Notes under the pieces: generated by a model
The model's input: the letters and a program-made list of their open reading frames with translations, nothing else
Told to the model about the DNA's origin: nothing
Database searches by the model: none
Assembly: GCA_005887735.1 (NCBI GenBank)
Contig: VBII01000094.1
Coordinates: 1-39,919 of the forward strand
Length of the DNA stretch: 39,919 nt
Reading direction: 5' to 3'
Source of the DNA: Chloroflexota bacterium
GTDB taxonomy: Bacteria; Chloroflexota; Dormibacteria; Dormibacterales; Dormibacteraceae
Made by a program: the position numbers and the translations under genes
In this document: in pieces, positions 8,044 to 15,788 of the stretch
Position numbering within the stretch: the first letter of the stretch is position 1
Layout of the letters: the number at the start of each line of letters is the position of its first letter

Positions 8044-8670
8044 TCAGTACTTGGAGACGTTCAATTCCTCCACGCGCCCTGTCACGAGGTAGACGACCCG
8101 CTCGCAAACATTCGTGGCTCGATCAGCTATTCGTTCGAGGTTGTGGGTGACCCACAGCATGTAGGTTGCCTCGGCGATGTGGCGCGGGTCGGCGACCATG
8201 GTCGAAATCAACTCCTGGTACGCGCGGTCGTAGAGAGCGTCGATGTCGTCGTCTTCAAGACACAACGTCCGAGCCAGGTTCGCGTCGCCTTTGTTCAGCG
8301 CAGTCAGCGTGCGACTGACTATGGAAAGTGTTCGCTTGCCCATTTCGGCGACCGCACCGGGTAGCGGAAGCGTCGGGTGCGGCCCCAGCATCAGGGCAAC
8401 CTTCGCTATCCCCTCTGCGTGATCGCCCATTCGCTCGAGCTCCGGCAGCACATAAAGCGCACCAACTAGAGAGCGGATTTCCTCTCCGCTGGCGGCGGCA
8501 AGTCCACCCACAAGTTCTTCTTCCAGCTGGTAGCGGAGACGATTGACCTCGAGGTCGTCGCGGACGACTCGATCGGCCAGCACCAGATCGCTGCGCGCCA
8601 GCGCCTTCAGCGCTCCATCGAGAGCCTCCGCCACCAGGTCGCCGAGCCGCATCAAGCCGCCGTCCGTCAC
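8044..8670 (-). CDS. phoU: phosphate signalling complex protein PhoU
   Basis: Two PhoU repeats with 'LERMGDHAEGIAK' and 'LERIADRATNVCE'. Length 208 aa. GTG start. Confidence 0.9.
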   Translation of the reverse strand: MTDGGLMRLGDLVAEALDGALKALARSDLVLADRVVRDDLEVNRLRYQLEEELVGGLAAASGEEIRSLVGALYVLPELERMGDHAEGIAKVALMLGPHPTLPLPGAVAEMGKRTLSIVSRTLTALNKGDANLARTLCLEDDDIDALYDRAYQELISTMVADPRHIAEATYMLWVTHNLERIADRATNVCERVVYLVTGRVEELNVSKY

Positions 8671-8679
8671 TCCCAGAAT

Positions 8680-8709
8680 GTTAGAGGTGACGTTAACGAC
8701 GCCTTAACC
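8680..8709. promoter_or_regulatory. three direct (G/C)TTA(A/G)(C/A) repeats with 11-12 nt phasing in the divergent phoU / DUF47-pit promoter region (candidate Pho-box-like operator)
   Basis: GTTAGA at 8680, GTTAAC at 8692 and CTTAAC at 8703. The 9-mer GCCTTAACC (8701-8709) recurs at 6354-6362 upstream of the other DUF47 gene. Confidence 0.3.
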
Positions 8710-8741
8710 CAACCCCGAATAGCCTTTTCCCGGAGGACGCG

Positions 8742-9350
8742 ATGAAACTCACACCACTCACACCCGGACGGCGGTTTTACGACCTGTTTCGAACCCAGGG
8801 CAATCTCGTCAGCGAGACGCTCACCGAGCTCGGCAAGTCCCTGCTCGAAGGCAAGAGCCGGCATGCTCGGTTGCGAGACCTCGAGCACGAGTGCGACGAG
8901 GCGACGCATCAGATCCACAACCTCGTCAACAGCGCATTCATCACCCCAATCGATGAGTCCGACATCTTGCTTCTCGCGTCAAGCCTGGACGACGTCGTCG
9001 ACCTCGCCGAAGAAACCGGTGACAAAATCGATCTGTACCGCATTAGCTCGATCAGTGACCCGGCCAAGCAGATGGGTGAATACCTTGCAAAGGCCGGCAT
9101 CGAGATCGCGGCAGCGCTCGACCGCTTTGAAGGGTTCGCGGAGCTGAAACCGCATCGCGTCGAGATCCATCGCCTCGAGAACGAGGGCGACCGGTTGATG
9201 CGCGACGCGATCGGCGAGCTGTTCTCGCGCGTCACCGAAGCCCCCGAACTCGTGAAGTGGAAGGACATCTACGACCTGCTCGAGGCGACGATGGACGCCT
9301 GCGAGCACACCGCCAATGTAATGGAGACGATCGCAATCAAGAATGCATGA
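8742..9350 (+). CDS. DUF47 (PhoU-like) protein, Pit accessory protein
   Basis: 202 aa with 'RRFYDLF', 'ITPIDESDILLLASSLDDVVDLAEE', 'IHRLENEGD' and 'KWKDIYDLLEATMDACE'. GGAGG lies 5 nt upstream of the ATG. The gene overlaps the PiT start by 8 nt. Confidence 0.85.
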   Translation: MKLTPLTPGRRFYDLFRTQGNLVSETLTELGKSLLEGKSRHARLRDLEHECDEATHQIHNLVNSAFITPIDESDILLLASSLDDVVDLAEETGDKIDLYRISSISDPAKQMGEYLAKAGIEIAAALDRFEGFAELKPHRVEIHRLENEGDRLMRDAIGELFSRVTEAPELVKWKDIYDLLEATMDACEHTANVMETIAIKNA

Positions 9351-10362
9351 GACCGCGATTCTGCTGTGGGTCACGATAGCGATCGCCGTTGCTTTCGATT
9401 TCACCAACGGCTTCCACGACACCGCCAACGCCATCGCCACGTCGATCTCCACGCGGGCACTTTCTCCTCGTGCGGCGGTAGGTCTGGCCGCCGTCTTCAA
9501 TCTTGTCGGGGCTGTAATCACGGTCGCATTCTTCCAGGCCAAGGTGTCGAACACCATCGCCAGCACTCTTGCGATCAAGCCCGGACTTGTGGTCGTGATG
9601 GCGGCCCTGCTTGGGGCCATTTCCTGGAACCTCATCACGTGGTATCAGGGACTACCAAGCAGCTCGACTCACGCTCTGATCGGCGGCTTGTGTGGCGCCG
9701 GCATAGCCGCCGCCGGCGGGCTGGGCGGCGTCAAGTGGTCTGCGCTCGTCAAGCAGGTCGCAAGCCTCGTCATCTCGCCGCCTCTCGGTTTTGTTGCCGC
9801 CGGGATTTTCGCGATCTTGTTGATCGTCATCATTCAGCGCGCGGGCTGGCGGCCTGCGCCCGTCAACCGCACCCTCCGCGGCCTACAGGTCGTCACCTCA
9901 GCCTACCTCTCGTACTCGCACGGGGCCAATGACGCGCAGAAGACAATGGCGGCGATCACTCTCGCCCTTGTCGCATCGGGAGACCTGCCGAAGTTCCAAG
10001 TCCCGCTATGGGTGGTGGTCCTTTCAGCCGCGGCGATCGGGTTCGGTACCTACGCAGGGGGTTGGCGAATCATCCGAACGTTGGGCTGGAGCATTCTCAA
10101 GCTCGAACCCGTGACTGCACTGTCCGCGCAGCTGATGGGCGCGACCGTTATTCAAGCTGCCACCGTGATTGGCCTTCCCGTCAGCACCACGCATGTCGTC
10201 ACCGGGTCAGTGATAGGCGTCGGTGTAAGCCGAAAGCTGTCCGCGGTGCGTTGGGGACTTGGCGCGAATATCGCCCTCGCGTGGATCGTGACGATTCCCG
10301 CCTCTGGGGCGATGGCGTGGATCGCGTTTGCCATATTGCACACTGCCGGTCTTCGCGGTTAG
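9343..10362 (+). CDS. pit: inorganic phosphate transporter, PiT (PHO4) family
   Basis: 'FDFTNGFHDTANAIATSISTRAL' and the repeat 'SHGANDAQKTMAAI' are present, and the protein is polytopic and hydrophobic. Length 339 aa. Confidence 0.9.
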   Translation: MHETAILLWVTIAIAVAFDFTNGFHDTANAIATSISTRALSPRAAVGLAAVFNLVGAVITVAFFQAKVSNTIASTLAIKPGLVVVMAALLGAISWNLITWYQGLPSSSTHALIGGLCGAGIAAAGGLGGVKWSALVKQVASLVISPPLGFVAAGIFAILLIVIIQRAGWRPAPVNRTLRGLQVVTSAYLSYSHGANDAQKTMAAITLALVASGDLPKFQVPLWVVVLSAAAIGFGTYAGGWRIIRTLGWSILKLEPVTALSAQLMGATVIQAATVIGLPVSTTHVVTGSVIGVGVSRKLSAVRWGLGANIALAWIVTIPASGAMAWIAFAILHTAGLRG

Positions 10363-10411
10363 CTCTTGCTTCGCGCAAAGAACGGTTCACTAATCGCGCA
10401 GCATCGCTAAA

Positions 10412-10436
10412 CTGGCGGCATTCGTTAGACCGCCAG
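10412..10436 (+). terminator. hairpin downstream of pit (candidate terminator)
   Basis: CTGGCGG-11 nt loop-CCGCCAG. It is followed by a relatively AT-rich stretch but no clear U-tract. Confidence 0.3.
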
Positions 10437-10486
10437 CCGGAAATTTAGAGCGGAATCCAGACGTTTCAGCCTACGAAGGAGCAACG

Positions 10487-10909
10487 GTGGCAACAAAGAT
10501 CCTTGAGGTTGCGGAAGTAAGCGTGATCAGAGCCGCAGGCGGTGTCGTGCTTCGCAAATCGCGGTCCGGTGAAACGGAGATCGCGGTCATCCACCGCCCT
10601 GCCTACGACGACTGGACGCTGCCAAAAGGAAAGATCGAGCCCGACGAAACCCCCGAGGACTGCGCCCTGCGCGAGGTGCGCGAGGAGACGGGACTGCGCT
10701 GCGACCTCGTGCGACCTCTGGGGTGCACCGCGTACGTGGATCGTCGCGGCCGCGACAAGGTCGCTTGCTACTGGGTGATGGAGCTCCGGGGCGGAAAGTT
10801 CAAACCGGGCATCGAGGTCGACAAGCTCCAGTGGCTGACCACTGGCGACGCCATCAAGCGCCTGACCTACGGCCGCGACCGAACCCTTCTCGTACAACAA
10901 GAGCTCTAG
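10487..10909 (+). CDS. NUDIX hydrolase
   Basis: Nudix box 'LPKGKIEPDETPEDCALREVREETGL'. GAAGGAG lies upstream of GTG 10487. Confidence 0.85.
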   Translation: MATKILEVAEVSVIRAAGGVVLRKSRSGETEIAVIHRPAYDDWTLPKGKIEPDETPEDCALREVREETGLRCDLVRPLGCTAYVDRRGRDKVACYWVMELRGGKFKPGIEVDKLQWLTTGDAIKRLTYGRDRTLLVQQEL

Positions 10910-10913
10910 ACGT

Positions 10914-10933
10914 CCTCCCCATGCATGGGGAGG
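10914..10933. terminator. perfect 20-nt palindrome CCTCCCCATGCATGGGGAGG immediately after the NUDIX stop
   Basis: The palindrome was read directly from the sequence. The listed ATG 10925 of the next ORF lies in its centre. Confidence 0.45.
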
Positions 10934-10975
10934 TGGTCCGCAGGGCCGGAGGGGCGGGCCCGTAAGCTTCTAGGC

Positions 10976-12052
10976 GTGCAGACGCTGACCCACACCGACC
11001 CGCTGGTCGTCGCCGGAGTCGAGCTGCGCTCGCGACTCTTCATCGGGACGGGCAAGTATCCGACCGAAGAATCGATGGTCGCCGCGCTCGAAGCCTCGGG
11101 CTGCGAGCTGGTCACCGTCGCCCTGCGCCGCCTGGACCTCGACGACCCGAAGAAGAAAACGATCCTCGACGTGATCGATTGGAAGCGTTACCGGATACTG
11201 CCGAACACAGCCGGATGCCGGACCGCGGATGAGGCAATCCGCATCGCCCGCCTGGCCCGGTCGATGGGCCTGTCGGACTGGGTGAAGCTCGAGGTCATCC
11301 CCGACCCGCGCTACCTGTTCCCCGACCCCGAGGAGACGCTGAAGGCCGCTCGAGTCCTCGTCGACGAGGGATTCCAGGTGCTGCCGTACATCAACGCCGA
11401 TCCCGTGCTGGCCCGCAAGCTCGAGGAGATCGGAACGGTGACCGTGATGCCGCTCGGCTCGCCGATCGGATCCGGCCAGGGCATCCAGACGATGGAGCAG
11501 ATCCGCATCATCATCGAAGAGGCGCGGGTGCCGGTCGTCGTCGACGCGGGGATCGGAGTGCCCTCGGACGCGGCGCTCGCGATGGAGCTCGGTGCGGACG
11601 CTGTCCTGGTCAACACCGCCATCGCGCTGGCAAGCGACCCCCAGCCCGAGCTCCCCGACCGAAGGCGTGTCGCGACCGAACTAGCAAGGCCGGTAGCGAT
11701 GGCAATCGTCTCCAGCGCGGAAGCCGGCCTCCGAGCGGCGCCCCGCGCGACCATCCTCCAGCTGCGAGCTCCAGGCCTCCACACCGTCGACCTGGAGCGG
11801 GAGGCGTCCGCGCTGGTGGGTTCCTCAACGGTCCCGGTGGTGATCAGCTCGCGCTGCGACGTGGTCCTGGCCTGCGGCGCGGCGGGGGTCAATCTTCCGG
11901 AGCGCGACATCTCGACGCGCGATGCACGCACCCTCGTCGGCGAAAGGCTCGTTGGACGATCCGTCCACTCGCTCGAAAGCGCCAAGGCAGCGGAAGCGGA
12001 GGGCGCTCGTGCCGGGGCCGCCGGTTACGCCGCGATAGGGCTCTTCGAATGA
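10976..12052 (+). CDS. thiG: thiazole synthase ThiG fused in frame to a truncated ThiE-like (thiamine-phosphate synthase) segment
   Basis: ThiG part: '[10 protein letters not shown]', 'ILPNTAGC', 'VKLEVIPD', '[13 protein letters not shown]', 'VVVDAGIG', 'AVLVNTAIA'. ThiE-like part: 'ILQLRAPG', '[16 protein letters not shown]...[28 protein letters not shown]'. GTG 10976 is preferred to ATG 10925. Confidence 0.75.
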   Translation: MQTLTHTDPLVVAGVELRSRLFIGTGKYPTEESMVAALEASGCELVTVALRRLDLDDPKKKTILDVIDWKRYRILPNTAGCRTADEAIRIARLARSMGLSDWVKLEVIPDPRYLFPDPEETLKAARVLVDEGFQVLPYINADPVLARKLEEIGTVTVMPLGSPIGSGQGIQTMEQIRIIIEEARVPVVVDAGIGVPSDAALAMELGADAVLVNTAIALASDPQPELPDRRRVATELARPVAMAIVSSAEAGLRAAPRATILQLRAPGLHTVDLEREASALVGSSTVPVVISSRCDVVLACGAAGVNLPERDISTRDARTLVGERLVGRSVHSLESAKAAEAEGARAGAAGYAAIGLFE

Positions 12053-12252
12053 TCGCGCTCCAGGTCAACGGCAAGCGAGTCGAGCTTGATCAGGCGACAC
12101 CGCTGCTCGCCTATCTCGAGCAGCTCGGCGTCAACCCGCGTGCCGTGGCGGTCGAGCACAACGGCGAGATCATCGAACGCGCGTCCTATGCATCCGTGAC
12201 GTTGGGCGACGGCGACCAGGTCGAGATCGTCCGCATGGTCGGCGGCGGCTAG
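12049..12252 (+). CDS. thiS: sulfur carrier protein ThiS
   Basis: 67 aa ending in 'VGGG', with 'AVEHNGEII' typical of ThiS. Its start overlaps the upstream stop in an ATGA. Confidence 0.85.
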   Translation: MIALQVNGKRVELDQATPLLAYLEQLGVNPRAVAVEHNGEIIERASYASVTLGDGDQVEIVRMVGGG

Positions 12253-12254
12253 CG

Positions 12255-13716
12255 TCAGCTGACGGCGAGTCGCTCGCGGATCGCGGCTTCCGCCTCGGCC
12301 CGCTCGTCCCAGGGTTCTGAGCCTCGTGCCGTCCGCATCGAGCGCTCATGCCCCTTGCCCGCCAGAAGGATCGTGTCACCTGGTCGGGCTACCTCGATCG
12401 CACGCCGGATTGCCGAGCGGCGGTCGATCACGACCTCGAAATCGAGACCCGGCGCCTTGCCTTCAGCGCCGGCCTGCACGTCGCGTGCGATCTCCGATGG
12501 GTCCTCGCTCAAGGGGTCGTCGGTGGTGATGATGAAGAAATCGGAGAACTCAGCCGCGGCTCGCCCCATCCCCGGACGGTCATGGTCCGACCGCGCCGTC
12601 GAGCCGAAGACGACGATCAGCCGCCCCTGCGTAAAGGGACGAAGCTCGGCCAGCGCGCTGGCGAGTGATCCGGCCGCGTGGGCAAAGTCGATGTAGACGC
12701 GAAAGTCCTGACCGAGATCGACCGGCTCGAGCCTTCCGCGCACGCCCTCGAAACCTGCCAGGCCACGTCCCACGTCCTCCACCGGCACGCCCAGCGCGAG
12801 GCAAACGCCGGCCGCGCACAGCGCGTTGTAGATGTTGAAGCGGGCGGGCAGGGGTCTTCATGCGAAATCGCGAGCCCGAACCCGTGATCGCGAGCTCGAG
12901 CGGATGCAGGTCTGACGCGGTGGTCATGCCATAGGTCCAGCGGCGGGGGATCGGCCTGCCCGCCAGGCGCTCGTAGCTGCGGTCGTCGCGATTGAGCACC
13001 GCGGTCTTCTCGATGCCCTTGTGCGCCGCTTGCGCCGTCAGGTCTATGAGACGCGCCTTGGCTTCCAGATAGTCCTCCCACGTCGCGTGGTAGTCGATGT
13101 GGTCGTGACCGACGTTGGTAAAAGCGGCAACATCGAACTCGCACGCGCGGACTCGCTCCTGCACGAGCGCATGTGATGTGGTTTCGATGACGGCGCAGGC
13201 CGCACCGGCCTCGACCATGCGCGCCAGCCATGCCTGGACCTCAGGAGCTTCATTGGTGGTCTGGCCGCTCGTGTTGTCGACCTCGCGACCGCTGATCTTG
13301 AAGGACACGGTGCTCATCGCGCCGGCCACCATCCCGCTCGCCTGCAACACGTGCTCCGCCATATGCGTGACGGTTGTTTTGCCGTCGGTCCCCGTAATAC
13401 CCGCGAGCTTGAGGCTGCGTGAAGGCCTGCCGTAGAACTCGGCGGAAAGCTCGGCGAGCCCGATGCGGGTTGAGGCCATGCGCACCGCCGTGACGCCCGC
13501 GGGTACCTTGACCGTGGCTTCGACGGCTACCGCCGCCGCGCCCTTCGCAACGGCGTCCGCGATGTAGTGGTGGCCGTCGACGCGCAGTCCCTGGACCGCG
13601 ACAAAGAGGTCGCCCGGACCGACGCGGCGGGAGTCGTACGCGATCCCGGTGACCTCGACCTCGGGGTTGCCTTCAAGGGCCGCGCCGGCGCCACGCGCGA
13701 GCTCATCAAGCCGCAT
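12255..13716 (-). CDS. murE: UDP-N-acetylmuramoyl-tripeptide synthetase MurE, interrupted by a frame change near 12850 (pseudogene or sequence error)
   Basis: The N-terminal part runs from ATG 13716: 'VTGIAYDSRRVGPGDLFVA', 'GITGTDGKTT', 'ETTSHAL', 'FTNVGHDHIDYH'. The C-terminal part is in another frame: 'LPARFNIYNAL...VRGRLEP...YIDFAHA...VVFGS...TTDDPLSEDP...LAGKGHE'. A stop (12860-12858) in the second frame separates the two parts. Confidence 0.85.
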
Positions 13717-13737
13717 GTCGCTGAGAATAGTCGCGTC

Positions 13738-14547
13738 GTGGTTGCTGAAATCGGCGGCCGGCGTTTCGAGTGGGGCTCGCGCACATACGTGATGGGAATC
13801 GTCAACGTGACTCCGGACTCTTTCAGCGGCGACGGCCTCGGAGGCGATGTCGAGGCAGCAATCGAGCAGGGCCTTCGCATGGTTCGCGAGGGCGCGGACC
13901 TGGTCGACGTCGGCGGGGAGTCGACGCGGCCCGGTCACGTGCCTGTCACTGCGGGCGATGAGATCGCGCGCGTCGAGTCGGTGGTCCGCCGCCTGGCAAG
14001 CGAGGCGGGCGTTCCCGTTTCGATCGACACCTACAAGGCTGAGGTGGCGGAGGCCGGGGTGGCGGCCGGGGCCACGATGGTCAATGACGTCTGGGGCCTG
14101 ACCCGCTCGCCGGCGATCGCAGACCTGGCCGCCCGGCATGGATGCGCGCTTGTCGTCATGCACAACCAGGACGGGACCGACTACGCGGGCGACCTGATGG
14201 ACGAGGTCACACGATTCCTCGCGGTGGCGGCGTCGCGGGCGGTCGCAGCCGGCGTGCCGAAGGAGAAGGTCATCGTCGATCCCGGGATAGGTTTCGGCAA
14301 GACCGCCGACCAGAACTGGGAGGTCATGCAGCGGCTCGAAGAGCTGAAGGAGCTCGGCCATCCCATCCTCATCGGCACGTCGCGAAAGTCGTTTATCGGC
14401 AAGCTGCTCGACCTTCCGGCGAGCGAACGGCTCGAGGGGACCGCGGCCACCGTCGTCGCCGCGATCCTGCGCGGAGCAGACATCGTCCGTGTGCACGACG
14501 TCCTCCAGATGGCCCGCGCGGCCCGCGTCGCCGACCGCATGAAATGA
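13738..14547 (+). CDS. folP: dihydropteroate synthase
   Basis: 'VMGIVNVTPDSFSGDG', 'GADLVDVGGESTRPG', 'VSIDTYK', 'MVNDVWG', 'DPGIGFGKT', 'GTSRKSFIG' and 'VRVHDV' are present. GTG 13738 was chosen because the listed 13567 start runs antisense into murE. Confidence 0.9.
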   Translation: MVAEIGGRRFEWGSRTYVMGIVNVTPDSFSGDGLGGDVEAAIEQGLRMVREGADLVDVGGESTRPGHVPVTAGDEIARVESVVRRLASEAGVPVSIDTYKAEVAEAGVAAGATMVNDVWGLTRSPAIADLAARHGCALVVMHNQDGTDYAGDLMDEVTRFLAVAASRAVAAGVPKEKVIVDPGIGFGKTADQNWEVMQRLEELKELGHPILIGTSRKSFIGKLLDLPASERLEGTAATVVAAILRGADIVRVHDVLQMARAARVADRMK

Positions 14548-14551
14548 CCTT

Positions 14552-14574
14552 CCCTCCCCACTCGCCGGGGAGGG
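14552..14574 (+). terminator. strong hairpin CCCTCCCC-actcgcc-GGGGAGGG between folP and folK
   Basis: An 8-bp G/C stem read directly from the sequence. No U-tract follows. Confidence 0.4.
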
Positions 14575-14596
14575 TTAGGGTGGGGAGAATCGCCAG

Positions 14597-15064
14597 TTGA
14601 CGAAGGTCTATCTCGGCCTGGGCTCGAACCTCGGCTCCCGCGCGCGCAACCTGAGCGCCGCGCGCCGGCGTCTGCGCGAGCAAGGAGTCCGCATCACGCG
14701 CCAAAGCCGCGTCATCGAAACCGAGCCCTGGGGCATCCTGGACCAGCCTCGATTCCTGAACCAGGTCGTAGAAGGTGATTGGCGGGGCACGCCGCGACAG
14801 CTGCTCAGGGCCACAAAGGAGGTCGAGAGAGAAGGCGGCCGAACCAGGACGCGGCGCTGGGGACCACGCGTCATCGACATCGACATCTTGCTGTTCACCG
14901 GCCGGCGTGTCGCCGAGCGCGCCCTGGTCATTCCGCATCCGCGTATCGCGGAGCGACCGTTCGTGATTCAGTCCCTGGAGGAGCTCGGGATCAGGTTATC
15001 CCCACGAAGTCAGAGGCAGAGCCTGGACTTCGTGGGGGCCCCTAAGAGGGGCGCGCGTTTGTGA
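14597..15064 (+). CDS. folK: 2-amino-4-hydroxy-6-hydroxymethyldihydropteridine diphosphokinase (HPPK)
   Basis: 'VYLGLGSNLG', 'ETEPWG', 'FLNQVV', 'RWGPRVIDIDILLF' and 'IPHPRIAERPFV' are present. TTG start with GGGGAG 9 nt upstream. Confidence 0.9.
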   Translation: MTKVYLGLGSNLGSRARNLSAARRRLREQGVRITRQSRVIETEPWGILDQPRFLNQVVEGDWRGTPRQLLRATKEVEREGGRTRTRRWGPRVIDIDILLFTGRRVAERALVIPHPRIAERPFVIQSLEELGIRLSPRSQRQSLDFVGAPKRGARL

Positions 15065-15758
15065 AGCGGTAGCCGATACCCGGAACGGCAAGGATGTAAT
15101 AAGGACGCGAGGGCTGCGTCTCGATCTTTCGGCGCAGGTTTCTGATGTGGACGTCGATCACGCGCGTCTCGATCGGATACTCGTAGCCCCAGATGGAGTT
15201 CAGGATCTTTTCCCTGCTCAACACCTTGCCGGCGTTGCTGGCCAGGAATGTAAGCAGGTCGAATTCCGTGTGGGTGAGCTCCACCTCTTTGCTGGACTTG
15301 TAGGTACGGCGCTCGTTCACGTCGATGACGAGGTCGCGAAACTCGAGGCGGCTCCGCATCGCCTCTGCGTTTTCCAGGCGTGCGCGGCGCAGGTGCGCAG
15401 CCATCCTCGCGACCAGCTCGCGAAGGCGCAGGGGTTTGGTGACGTAGTCGTCGGCGCCGATCTCAAGCGCGACAACAGCATCGATCTCGTCTGATCTGGA
15501 GCTCATCATGATCACCGGCACCGCAGGGTCCACTTTGCGCAGCTCACGGCACACGTCGAAGCCCGCCGCGTCGGGCAGCGTCACCTCGAGCAGCACTACG
15601 CTGGGTCGCGAGGACTCGATCTGGCGAAGAGCCTCCGACCCCGCATCCGCCTCGACGACCTGGTATCCGTCCTGCTCGCAGACCAGCCTTATCTCGCGAC
15701 GGGTCGATGTGTCCGGCTCCACGACAAGGACCTTGCGGGAGGATTCCGCCACAGCCAT
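15042..15758 (-). CDS. OmpR-family response regulator with Glu at the phospho-acceptor position (atypical/orphan)
   Basis: Receiver: 'KVLVVEPDTS', 'SVVLLEVTLPD' (E where D is expected), 'VIMMSS', 'ADDYVTKP'. wHTH: 'LTHTEFDLLTFLASNAGKVLSREKIL...VIDVHIRNLRRKIE...PGIGYRF'. No histidine kinase gene lies in the window. Confidence 0.85.
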   Translation of the reverse strand: MAVAESSRKVLVVEPDTSTRREIRLVCEQDGYQVVEADAGSEALRQIESSRPSVVLLEVTLPDAAGFDVCRELRKVDPAVPVIMMSSRSDEIDAVVALEIGADDYVTKPLRLRELVARMAAHLRRARLENAEAMRSRLEFRDLVIDVNERRTYKSSKEVELTHTEFDLLTFLASNAGKVLSREKILNSIWGYEYPIETRVIDVHIRNLRRKIETQPSRPYYILAVPGIGYRFTNARPS

Positions 15759-15761
15759 AAC

Positions 15762-15788
15762 ACAATCCTAATCGATCTGAAGGATTGT
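15762..15788 (-). promoter_or_regulatory. hairpin that pairs the response-regulator Shine-Dalgarno sequence
   Basis: On the mRNA strand the sequence reads ACAATCCT-tcagatcgatt-AGGATTGT-gtt-ATG. The right arm contains the AGGA located 7 nt before ATG 15758. The left arm starts in the FemAB-like stop codon. Confidence 0.35.

Noticed and set aside
8667-8918. An 83-aa minus-strand ORF spanning the phoU/DUF47 intergenic region.
   Set aside because: It overlaps the well-supported DUF47 gene on the opposite strand and the phoU start, and has no recognisable motif.
10910-10975. I looked for a TPP (THI-box) riboswitch upstream of thiG.
   Set aside because: No CTGAGA core or the paired GGGG...ACCC/CCTGATCTGGATAATGCCAGCG-type elements are present. 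The spacer is short and is dominated by the 20-nt palindrome.
12580-14496. A 638-aa minus-strand ORF, implying a very long MurE.
   Set aside because: Its first 260 residues are antisense to folP and lack MurE similarity. The MurE N-terminus ('MRLDELARGAG...VTGIAYDSRRV') starts at ATG 13716. Its last ~90 residues are the out-of-frame read-through after the frame change.
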